Below are positions 1 through 9,980 of a stretch of DNA of 19,508 bases, one piece after another (position 1 is the first letter of the stretch; every line of letters starts with the position of its first letter). A model generated the notes under the pieces. That model saw nothing but the letters and a program-made list of their open reading frames with translations. It made no database searches and was not told the DNA's origin. Origin of the DNA: Azolla caroliniana (Eukaryota; Plantae; Polypodiophyta); the NCBI GenBank assembly GCA_043228905.1, contig JBHGNT010000601.1, positions 1 through 19,508 of the forward strand, read 5' to 3'. Position numbers and translations under genes: made by a program.

Positions 1-325
1 AGACACAGGGGGGGTAGTTCTATTGAGACATAAAAATCTCAAAATTTTAAATTCTAGTAATTTCAGTGGTATATATCAACTGCAAGATTTTCAAGATGCT
101 CGACATTCTGATATGTTCCGGAAGTACTTCCACCTCTGGATATATAGAAGATTATGTTACTGAATATGTGAAAAGTTGTGGGATATATGAACTTACAAGA
201 TGATAATGTGATTAAAATAATAATAATAATAATAATGCATTTAGTCTGTTATATTAAATGCATGAAGAGTCAGGGGTAGAGGGGGTTCTGGACCTGGTGA
301 AAACTGATCAAACCATAAATCAGGA

Positions 326-328
<3 letters not shown>

Positions 329-358
<30 letters not shown>
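329..358. repeat. (TA)15 microsatellite, probably intronic in the DUF1997 gene
   Basis: Read directly from the sequence. Confidence 0.95.
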
Positions 359-361
<3 letters not shown>

Positions 362-818
362 CAGCATATTGTGAGAACATTTTCAGATATAGTATCTTGT
401 TCAGTCTGTTAGGCCATTTTGATCTCGTCAATGTATCTCTCTTTTTTCTGAATAAAAGCTTTTGCGAGAACTTGCATTGGGTGGAACGTTAGCACAACAG
501 ATGCTGCTCTTAGCATTTGTGGTCACCATATCTCTCTACATTTTTGGAAAAGGTGTTTTGAAGTTGCATAAAAACTGAGATCCTACTCTTGCCTAAGTAC
601 AGTAAAAAGGCATGGATAAATGTATCATAAGATATTGAGAACTTAATAGGTGTACATAATGTCAACGAATATGATTTTCTCCAATGTAGAAAAAGACTGT
701 CAATGATACAAATATTATTATTAACATTTTTCATTAATTCACTTATATACAACAGCATGATTGTGATCATCCAGTGAAGTGAAAATAAGAAAATACAAAT
801 TACATGTATAATACTCAC

Positions 819-3800
819 CTTGCATGACAACATTTCAACCACGCATTCCTGCTGATTAGATGAAACATAAAGATCCACTATAGGAGCCACTTCAAAATCT
901 AAAATTTCCATCTTTGGTAGCATACACCTGCATCTCCACCAAGATCCAAACGAGCATCATCATAAAATGACAGAACCTTCTCTCAATTAAGCAAAAATAT
1001 GTCCTGACAAAGCAAGCCACATAATAAACAATCTGTTTTGATATTGATATTGATGTTTATGTTGGTTTGAATAAACCAAGGTTTTCAAAAGGTGGAACAA
1101 ACAGTTAGATATGAATAATAACAAATATATAGAAATTCAACAACAGAGATTGATTCAATCCATTCTTTAGATCCACTCAGTTATGATGAAGAAGTAAAGT
1201 ACCTGAACGTATTGCCACCAATTTGCTCATAACTTTGCAGAGAATTGATGTTCAGCATGGATTCCATTCCTGCTTGATGACGCAAAAACTCATCTAATGG
1301 TTTCAGTTTCCCTGTATTACTGCAGAAATGGATAGGAAGTGGAATTGTTTGCCTCCTTTCAACAAAAAGGTTGGCAATTTTCTTCTTTCCTGAACTATTT
1401 AATTGGTCACTTTGAACTTGTGATATAATTTTCACTTCTCTGCAAAAAACTAAATGGAGAAATCTTCAATAAACAAGGTTTCAACACGGATGAAATGAGG
1501 TCACTGTTATAGTGTAAAACATAGTGATAGACCTTAATGTTGCATACTGTCTATTGGATAAACATGGCCATTCAAAGTTGAAGCTAAATAGACTTTCGGC
1601 GATCTGCAGAGACCTGTATGGATAAACCTTTCACAAAACAAGTATAAATATTTTAGTTAAATAATTCCAGAAATATAAATGAAAAGAACGTTAGAGTTCA
1701 TAAAAATGTCCTGATTATGATTCTGAAATTTTCTCTGTCCTAAAAAGAAGAACCAGTTTAACTTGTGATTGTTTTCAGCACATATCCTAACTTTATTGCA
1801 TCCTACATAGTTATAATAATCCATAAGACTACTATTTATGATTCTGTGATTTCTTTTTTTCTTTATAAAAAGAAACTGGTTTAATTTTTTAGTTTCTTCA
1901 GCATATCATCTCTCCTTTTAACTTGATTCAATCCTAAATGCTAACGAGGGAATAACCCTTCGTAGCTGAATATTTAGAAACCAATAAGAACAGTTTAGAA
2001 ATGTAACCCAGGGAGAATTACAATGGATGTGTTCACACCAAGAAAACCAAGGACATTGTAAGGTCCAAACTTTTTCAACACGCCTTAACCTTCCATACTA
2101 CAGCATGCCTTGTGACCATCTAGTTCAGGTGCATTTTAGTTTTTTGTACCGATTTCAGCTAATCTTTTTGTACCATTGCTTGTCTTCTACTTGACACACA
2201 TTTCTGCTTAACTTTGTTATACCAATGCATGCATGCTCCTTCCTCGGCCATCTTTATCATGATATTGGAGTTTCTCTCATGCTACCTTAGCATCAGACCT
2301 AGTTTCAGGATTTTTGTCAGTTGCATAGATCCTTATCTTTTAAACCAGACAACCTTCCTTAACTCCATATTCATTACAATCTATGTAGATTCTAAATGGA
2401 CCTTAATTAACAAACGTGGATTGATCATTGACAAGGAAGGGACCCTTAAAATCCTACTATTTCGACAATAGTAAATGTTTGTGTTCTTTAGCAACATGTT
2501 TTCCACTGTTCCTTAGAATCCTCCTTTTGCATAGATCCTTTATATATACTCTTTTAAAAACCAGACAACCTTCCTTAAATCCATATTGTACAATCTATGT
2601 AGATTTTAAATGGACCTTAATTTACAAACGTGGATTGATCATTGACAAGGAAGGGGCCCTTAAAATCCTACTATTTCGACAAAATGTTTGTGTTCTTTAG
2701 CAACATGTTTTCCACTGTTCCTTAGAATCCTCCTTTTGCATAGATCCTTTATATATACTCTTTTAAAAACCAGACAACCTTCCTTAAATCCATATTGTAC
2801 AATCTATGTAGATTTTAAATGGACCTTAATTTACAAACGTGGATTGATCATTGACAAGGAAGGGGCCCTTAAAATCCTACTATTTCGACAAAATGTTTGT
2901 GTTCTTTAGCAACATGTTTTCTACTCTTCCTTAGAATCCTCCTTTTGCATAGATCCTTTATATATACTCTTTTAAACCAGACAACCTTCCTGAAGTTCAT
3001 ATTCGTATAATCTATGTAGATTTAAATGGACCTTAATTTACAAACGTGAATTGATCATTGACAAGGAAGGAGCCCTTAAAATCCTACTATTTCGACAAAG
3101 TATTTGTGTTCTTTAGCAACATGTTTTCCAGTCTTCCTTAGAATCCTCCAGTTTGCATGTGCTCCTTACTTAAGACCCTCTCATCTCCATATGACACTTC
3201 TTCCTAACTGATGACACTTCTTCCAACTGGCACTTCATCCTTAAAATCCTAACTTTCACAATAAACTTCTTCTTATCCATTCATTTTCAGATTAGATACT
3301 TCTTTAAAAATCTTCACGGCCTCCACATGCCACTGCTTGCTTAAAACCATAAGCATTTACAATATTCTTCTTCTTACCAATTCAAATTTAGACAAAATCC
3401 ATGCATGCAGGAAGACGCTATTTGTAAGGACATGTGAAAAAGTTGCAAGTATATCTAGAAATGGTCCACGCGCCATTTCTTCCATAAAACTCCGATCTCC
3501 AGCATTCTACTTCTTCCTTAATAACCTAACCATCTCCAACTTTCCACTTCTTGCCAATTCATTTCCATACCAAATCTAACCAAGAAATAAAAAGGCTATT
3601 TCTAAGATATTGTGAAGTAGGATGTACATGTAGAAACCATGAAGATTTTACACTTCTCATTTCTTTCTTAAAAACCTAACTGTCTACAATACAAGGCTTC
3701 TTTCTAAAACGAAAAGATTACAGTGAATCTTTACATGGCCAAATCTATACAAGAAAGGAATCGATTTTGAGAAAGAAGCAAACAATTACAGCGGAAAATA

Positions 3801-4128
3801 TTATCTGGTCAATTTAACAAGGGAAGCAACTAATATTTGCGAGAAAGAAACAAAAAGTAACAGTGAAAAATAAGATTTTCTGTCAAAGTCAAAGCAAGAC
3901 CGCAAGCAATTCTTTATTAGAAAGAGGGAAATGTTAACACACAATAAAAACATTACCTGGCCAAATCGATGCAAGCAATTCTTACGATAACGAAGATATT
4001 AGGGAGAGAAATGAAACATTACCTGGTCACGTCTATCCAGGAAAGCAATCAATTTATAGTGCGAGATAGATTACCTGGTGGTAGCGATGAGGTGAGAGTG
4101 GTAAGAAGATGGAACACAGAGCAGCCAT
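819..4128 (-). CDS. DUF1997-family protein, probably plastid-targeted; 3'-incomplete in window. Exons (transcript order) 4128-4075, 1603-1533 (alternative acceptor at 1613), 1439-1203, 927-819
   Basis: Exons 1439-1203 and 927-819 join in phase across GT-AG sites (TTC AG|GTAC ... CAG|G TGT ATG) to give ...KKIANLFVERRQTIPLP...LDEFLRHQAGMESMLNINSLQSYEQIGGNTFRCMLPKMEILDFEVAPIVDLYVSSNQQECVVEMLSCK|GTGAGT. This matches my recollection of the plant DUF1997 pattern (EFLxHPSG-E-MLN--ALQS----NTYRC-LPK--LL-FEVAPVLDL-V----C-VE-LSCK). Upstream exons MAALCSIFLPLSPHRYHQ (ATG 4128, donor CAG|GTAAT) and IAESLFSFNFEWPCLSNRQYATLR are open and phase-compatible but less certain. No further exon found in 1-818. Confidence 0.82.
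2322..3158. repeat. Tandem repeat, four units of ~206-209 bp, in DUF1997 intron 1
   Basis: TGCATAGATCCTT begins units at 2322, 2528, 2737 and 2946, with a remnant TGCAT at 3154. Units 2 and 3 are near-identical; the ORF track shows identical peptides ending at 2700 and 2909. Confidence 0.95.
3715..4078. repeat. Degenerate short tandem repeat carrying TTAC(C/A)TGG motifs (minus-strand splice-donor copies)
   Basis: TTACCTGG at 3953, 4019 and 4071, with degenerate copies TTACATGG (~3731) and TTATCTGG (~3801). Most are followed by an AAGCAA-type motif. Confidence 0.6.
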
Positions 4129-4129
4129 T

Positions 4130-4205
4130 GAGAGAGAGAGAGAGAGCTCGAAGGGGGGGAGACGAGTTTTCAGGACGAGAATCAGAAGAAGGAATAACTC
4201 ATTTC

Positions 4206-4249
<44 letters not shown>
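4130..4249 (-). repeat. GA/CT microsatellites (4130-4146 and (AG)21 at 4208-4249) in the probable 5' UTR/promoter of the DUF1997 gene
   Basis: Read directly. CT-rich tracts directly upstream of an ATG are typical of plant 5' UTRs and support ATG 4128. Confidence 0.85.
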
Positions 4250-4251
<2 letters not shown>

Positions 4252-4418
4252 AAGGAATTCAATGCTTGGGGCTAGTCGATTTGCAGGTTCTGATTTTTGT
4301 ATCTAAGGAATGCGTTTCTTCTGTAGAAGAAAGAGAGAGATTTCGGCCTCTGGAAAAGAGAGGCAACATTTTTATGAGTAATATGCGACCATCTCTTCTT
4401 CCTCCTCCTTCTTCTTTT

Positions 4419-4552
4419 GTGTGTGTGTGTGTGTCTGTAGGTCTCTCTCTAATATCTATCTATCTATTTATATATACATATATATATCTATATGTACACA
4501 GTACATATATGTATTATGTACATATATGTATATATATCTACTATCTATATGT
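4419..4552. repeat. Compound (GT)n/(CT)n/(TA)-rich low-complexity tract
   Basis: Read directly from the sequence. Confidence 0.8.
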
Positions 4553-4737
4553 AGCAGAAGTATCAATAGCAGCAGCTCTACTTCTTTCTTTGTGTCTCTA
4601 TATTTTTAGTTCTCCCTTTCCTTCTTTAGCCCCCCCACTCCCCCCCAAATTTAGATTGCCATCTCCATAAAAAAGAGTGTGTGTTGCCTCAGTCACCCTC
4701 CATTCTTCAATCGTCATTGTTCGTTGATCATCGTTGT

Positions 4738-5796
4738 TGATACCAACTACGATATGTGATTACAGAATGTATGACCACGTGTTTCTATATGTTGTGTGTG
4801 TACACATGATAACTTGATAGAAGCATCTCCCGTTTGGAATAATAGGATGTGCGAAATTCCAATATATGATTGTCTTCTTCTTGTGAGATTGTATAAGTGG
4901 CAAGCTATGTATAATATAGTTGCGTTGTTCTTTTATAATGAAGTACATTACCCCATGCATGGGCTATCTTGCTTACTTGTGGTTGTAGCAATCAATTCTA
5001 TGTGCATGTGTATGGAAGCATGGTGCAATTGTCCAACATTGCTTAGGTTGTCCATATTTCAAATTGCATACAAATTCCAATCAATGTCTAATACCCATGT
5101 TGAATGCATCGAATACCCACGTTGCTTGTTTCCTTATCTACTTGTGATGTCCAATCAAAGTTGCCATGTAAAAACAAGCTACACTCGTTTTTCATAGTTT
5201 GTGAATTTTCTTGTTAATCCCAACATTGAGTTACACAATAGGGAAAGTCTTCCTAGTGAACTTAGCATGGCTTGATATTGATATAATGACATGTATCCCA
5301 TACCCATGCAATTTACATGATATCTATGTCTATGCAAAACTAGATGAAGTCTACCATGGTTAGGTCTTACTCATGCAATTTAAGTGACATTTATGTGTAT
5401 GCAAGAACTAGGTGAAACATACCATGGTTAGGTCTTTCGTTCCTTTGTCCTTTAGCAAACTCACATTAGAGCTTGCCATGTGTAAAAGAGTTGGTCATTC
5501 CTATCTTTCTTGAGATTTTGATGTTCATTTCTTCGACAATGTGCCAAGCCTTTCAAAAAGGGAACTAAGATGCCTGTGCACAATCCACATTTATCAATTC
5601 TAGTCATGAACTTAATGTTTAACCAATAAATCGTCGCGATGAAGAAGCTCTCTAGTCACATGTTCACGGTGACAATGCAAGAGTTGAGAGCATCAATGTT
5701 TCTATGGTGGATTGACATGGGCAAATCAAGTTTAAAATAAAGTTGTTTGTTTTCTCTCTTGAGTGACCAAAATACATCCTTATTTCACTCCCCCTT
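4738..5796 (-). mobile_element. Possible decayed LTR (~1.04 kb) bounded by a PPT-like and a PBS-like motif
   Basis: On the minus strand, AAGGGGGAG (5796-5788) is followed directly by TG (5787), and TGGTATCA (4745-4738) lies ~1 kb downstream. The interior is rich in TG/CA and has a 67-bp duplication at 5305-5436. The terminal CA is not intact. Confidence 0.3.
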
Positions 5797-6407
5797 GAGA
5801 CAACACTATCTAAGTATCATATACAATTAATCCAACAAAGATGGACCATAGAGTGGTGTTAGTTTTAGCAGGGGAGAAGTTCGGAAATGAAGGTTTAGGG
5901 AAGGGCGAGAAATGGTAATAATAAAATAACAAGATTGTGTTAGGAATGATTGAATTTTAGCTTAGAAGATTAAGTTTCGTGTGATTTTATTTTTTTCCAA
6001 AAAAAATATTCTTCATTATTAGGATTTTGCATACATGACGAAATGACTAGACTAAAAACATTACAGTGGTTGTCGCCATGATGAACTCTGAAAACCACAA
6101 CTAATGGAAGTGAAAGACCAAAAAGGAATACCATGAGACATCTTACATGTAATGAACATATAAATTTGTCCTCCGTTCGAATGTGAGCATGTCCTCTAGT
6201 TCCCCAATGAAAACAATTTTCCTTTGCTTTCCTTTAACCTATTCTCCACCTTGGAATAAAACATTGTGGGCTACCTTGGATAGCCCACAACTATCCTCTC
6301 CCATGTCGAAACCGACCATCTCCTTCATCTCCACGATCATCGAGAATATACTTCTATGAAACCTCTGTACCATCAACACTCTACTTTATCACTACCTTCA
6401 TGTTCTC

Positions 6408-6812
6408 ACATCAGCCATGTCGACGATTACCGCCAAAATCATGTACCTATAACAACAAAATGATATAGTGTCCTCATCTCCTCAAGAAAATATGCTTCGA
6501 CCCCCACACCATCTTCACTCATCCTTATCACAAAACAAAAATGTGCTTTATTTAGTTCACATCAACCATCTCGTTGATTTTTGCCAAGGTCTTATACAAA
6601 CAACAACACGATGGGTCTAGAATGTTTCCTCATCTCCTCATGATATGCTTTGGCCCCCACACCGTCATCACTCATCCTAGTAAAAACAGAAAATCAGCTT
6701 CATTTAGTCCACCACAACCATCTCGCTCTTGCCGATTATCATAGAAAACATTTTACCTACAAAAAAAGAAGAAGAGAATCCTCGCTACCTCTCCTCATGG
6801 AAATATGCTTCA
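6408..6812. repeat. Degenerate tandem repeat, ~2.5 copies of ~156 bp
   Basis: CCTCATCTCCTCA...ATATGCTT...CCCCCACACC...CACTCATCCT at 6472 and 6628, and a third partial CTCCTCATGGAAATATGCTT near 6790. Confidence 0.75.
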
Positions 6813-6825
6813 ATTATATATATAC

Positions 6826-6997
6826 TTATATACTTACACTACTTGAATTACTGAATGTGTGAGAAAACAATGCTAACATTTTTAATGGGCTTGGGAGGCA
6901 AGACACATGAATTATATACTTACACGACTTGAATTACGGAATGTGTGAGAAAACAATGCTAACATTTTTAATGGGCTTTGGAGGCAGGACACATGAT
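6826..6997. repeat. 86-bp direct tandem duplication
   Basis: TTATATACTTACAC...GAATGTGTGAGAAAACAATGCTAACATTTTTAATGGGC...GACACATGA at 6826 and 6912, differing by a few substitutions. Confidence 0.92.
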
Positions 6998-7639
6998 TGA
7001 CTGGACCCAAAAAGAGCATTAGGAAAGAGTGTCCTCTATTCAGAAGATGTGTGCCCCACATGCATGGCTTGTATATTTTCTCAAGATGACTCTTGTTCTG
7101 AGCAAAGTGAGTGTATTTTGGAACATAGACTATTACGATAGGGATAATAGAGGGTACTTTGTGAAAATCGAGGCGCATCTTGGCAAAATTTCTGTTCTCT
7201 ACCGATTATATATATATCTAGGGATTTCAAAGTTGAAAACTTCGAATCCTTACTTTGGGATGGAGAGAAACCCATTATTCGAAGGCCAACCATATAAGTT
7301 TATAACATACACGAATGTATTATATTAGAAACATGTTCAAAGAGCTCTTAATATTTTGGCCTATATGTATGTAGTTATAACTATCATGTGTTTGGATGAC
7401 ATTCTTTAATCTGATAAGCAGAGGCGCAAGCAAGTAAATTTCCACATCCGATTTTCTATGTGCTAGTAATTGGGAGATTGATGGCTAATTAGGAGGTCAT
7501 TAGGGGTAGTTTAGTCAACTCAGATGGCTTTCTGTTAATTGAAGAGGCTAAACCCCTATCTCCTTTAATTTTGTGAAAGGGGGCAGGGCAGGGGCATTTT
7601 GATAATTATCCGAAACCCAACCTTTTTACTCCTCAACTC

Positions 7640-8133
7640 TAGCAATGGGCACGGTTTCGGCTCAAACCGAACTGAACCGTTAAGCCATGGTTGAATGGTT
7701 TATTGGTTCCAAAAAAAATTAATGGTTTGGTTTGGTTTGGATTCTCGATAAACGGTTCAGTTTCGGTTTGGTTTGGTTTTAAAACTTGGGTTTATAGGTT
7801 TACAGGTTTTTGGTTAACCTTGTTTTTTTACCTTAATAGTTTATTGATGTAATGGTTTAATTAATGGTTTTTTATTGATTTAATTAGTTTAACCTTAATA
7901 GTTTATTGATGTAATGGTTTAATTAAAGTTTCTTTTATTGATTTAAATAAATTTAACTTAAATGCTTATTTAATTTAATGTAATTTTGTTTCTTTAGATG
8001 TTTAACTAGTTTGGCTTAAGTGGTTCAGTTAAATTTTTTATTAAATGGTTCGGTTCGGTTTGGTTTTGTTTTCCCTAACGGGTTTGGTTTGATTTCTTTG
8101 CCTTGAAACCGATCCGAACCGTGCCCATTGCTA
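7640..8133. mobile_element. Non-autonomous hAT-type DNA transposon (MITE), 494 bp
   Basis: Perfect 17-bp terminal inverted repeats TAGCAATGGGCACGGTT / AACCGTGCCCATTGCTA. Near-identical 8-bp flanks CTCAACTC (7632-7639) and CTTGACTC (8134-8141). Subterminal AACCG/CGGTT/GGTTT repeats, an AT-rich core with a 62-bp-period duplication (7830/7892) and no transposase ORF. TAG termini with an 8-bp TSD are hAT hallmarks. Confidence 0.88.
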
Positions 8134-8163
8134 CTTGACTCGTAGGAATCGGCAATGGCTCAA

Positions 8164-8227
8164 CTCAAGCCTAAACCGAACCGTTAAGCCTCTTAAAAAC
8201 GGTTTAGAGGTTCGGTTTAGGCTTGAG
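8164..8227. repeat. Perfect 19-bp inverted repeat with a 26-nt loop
   Basis: CTCAAGCCTAAACCGAACC (8164-8182) and GGTTCGGTTTAGGCTTGAG (8209-8227) are exact reverse complements. Confidence 0.92.
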
Positions 8228-8363
8228 CTTCCTTAACTGGTGGACCTCGAGTTTATTTTCTCTGCGAACTCCGGTTGCAGATAAAGAAGGAAAGGCGAGA
8301 AGAAGAAGAAGAAGAAGACAGAGAAGGAGAGGAAGAGGAAGAGGAAGAGGTCGGCCTGTGGCT

Positions 8364-9980
8364 ATGGAGAAGATGTTTGGACCTGCGTATGGAGGAGACC
8401 CTGGCATCCCTCACTCAGGGAAGGATGGCTTCACCAACATCTTCTGGGGATGCGTCACTGCTTCTGCATACTCTCTCGTCTGCCCTTACTACTGGCAGCA
8501 ATGCAACAATCACTACAAGTATGTCAGGAAGAAGCAATCTGAAGAGACGGATATCTTCTTCTGTTTTGTTTGTTCATCTTCTCCGTTCTCCCGTTTGTTT
8601 TGTGTTCCTTGCCTTTCCTTCTCTCCGTTTTTTCTGGTTCTTGCATTTTCTCCTTGTTTCGTCTCCTTCTGTTTAATTCCGTTTCTTTCTTTCTTTCTTT
8701 CATATCTATGTGCCTTTTATTTGTCTGAAGAGTTGTGAAAATATCCTCTTAAGTATATTTTTCATTTTCCGTTGCATCATTTTCTGCTATGGCTATTTCT
8801 CTCTCTGAAGCATATAATGTAGATTTCGTTATTAGTAAAATAGATTGAGTTGTATAGATACTAGTACTCTATGAAACGTGGTGTTGCCTTATGTGCAGGT
8901 TGTCAATATTCTTAGTTCTCTTACTGTATTCTTATTCTGACGGAATTTTTTGTGCATTTTTTTGCTTCTGTAGAGCACAATTGCGAGTTTTGTTTTCCCC
9001 TTATTTTCTGGGTTTTGCTACTGATTTTCATTGGACATTCTGTAGGATGTATGTCAAGTCTAAGTTTTTCTTTTGTCAATAATATACATTTTATTGCTTT
9101 GTTCTTGTAAATAATTGCAAAGGTTTTGCTTTTGAAAGTTTTATTTCATCAATATTTTGGTGCTGCCTTAGATTCCCAAGGGTTTTGATCCTTCATTTTT
9201 TTATTAAAATTTCTGCAGGGCTTATGTCAAATCTAAGTTATTTTTTGTAAATACTCTTATTTTGTGTACCTTTATTCCTATAGAAACTTGCACACGATTC
9301 GTTTCATAAGCTTATGTTTCGTGAATATTGTGGTGTTATTTTAGATTCCTAAGGGTTTTTTCCTACAGAAATTTATGCAAGTTTATTTGAACACGTGGGG
9401 TTTTAACAATAAATATGTAGCTCATCTAGGTTTCTTAGTCATTTTTGCAGATACTTCCGTTTATTTATTATTGTTTTTATTTTTGTAGTTGGCATGACCT
9501 TGCCATGATGTGTGAGAACCACAGATTTAAGCAAGCTTTGAAGAAAAAGCAGAGATATGTACCTCTGGTAAGTAAATACTTCATCCTGCTCTTCTTCTTT
9601 TCTTTATATGTTGGTTTCAAAATTCATAAGAACTTAATGAATGAGAAAAAGAAAAAGAACCATTATATTAACTTTGAGAGGAAAGGAAAGTTAAGTGAAT
9701 CACCATCGGTTGGGTAACTTTTTTTATTGTATCAGTTTGTTACTTCAGGTAGTAATCTGGAAATTGTTATTAACTTTCGATCATATTGGTTTGTTTATGG
9801 ATGGTAGCCTTGAAATTATCATTGAGTTTTGTTTGATTGACTTGTTTATCGATAGTATTCTCAATATTGTTTCTAATAATTCATTTTATTGGTTTGTTTA
9901 TTGATTTGCAGTGGAATAAATTCATGCACCGGAATGAAAGGGATGCATACTACCAGAATTGGGCAGACTATTTTCCTTGA
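8364..9980 (+). CDS. Small conserved plant protein (100 aa, one probable hydrophobic helix), function poorly characterised. Exons 8364-8518, 9489-9567, 9912-9980
   Basis: Canonical GT-AG junctions in phase (AA|GTATGT...TGTAG|T; CTG|GTAAGT...TGCAG|TGG) give MEKMFGPAYGGDPGIPHSGKDGFTNIFWGCVTASAYSLVCPYYWQQCNNHYNWHDLAMMCENHRFKQALKKKQRYVPLWNKFMHRNERDAYYQNWADYFP*. It resembles a recalled plant family starting MEKYFGNAYRGDPGVPH and ending YYxNWPVYFP. A GA-rich leader precedes the ATG. Confidence 0.9.
9038..9363. repeat. Degenerate ~173-bp duplication in intron 1 of the small-protein gene
   Basis: TTCTG(T/C)AGG..TATGTCAA(G/A)TCTAAGTT...AATATT(T/G)TGGTG...TTAGATTCC(C/T)AAGGGTTTT at 9038 and 9211. Confidence 0.75.

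Noticed and set aside
1-818. Search for the next DUF1997 exon (expected FEGS...QN..FSA-like) and the ORF 510-923 extension past the donor at 819
   Set aside because: No matching exon found. The candidate acceptor near 135 leads to a stop, and the ORF extension is intron read-through.
2214-2909. Three overlapping plus-strand ORFs with repeated peptides; the array could also be mistaken for a CRISPR-like locus
   Set aside because: They are translations of the 209-bp intronic repeat. Whole units repeat with no unique spacers, there are no cas genes, and the context is eukaryotic.
3969-4670. ORFs with (RE)n and Y/I/C-rich peptides
   Set aside because: Translations of GA, GT and TA microsatellites.
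7440-7612. GGGGCATTTTGATAATTATCC and similar ends resembling a Mutator-like TIR
   Set aside because: I could not find a partner inverted repeat or a 9-bp TSD by eye.
8204-8738. Poly-Arg, poly-Glu and poly-Leu ORFs, and the hydrophobic F/C/S tail of ORF 8223-8738
   Set aside because: They come from the GAA-rich leader and from read-through into T-rich intron 1. Only 8364-8518 is exonic CDS.
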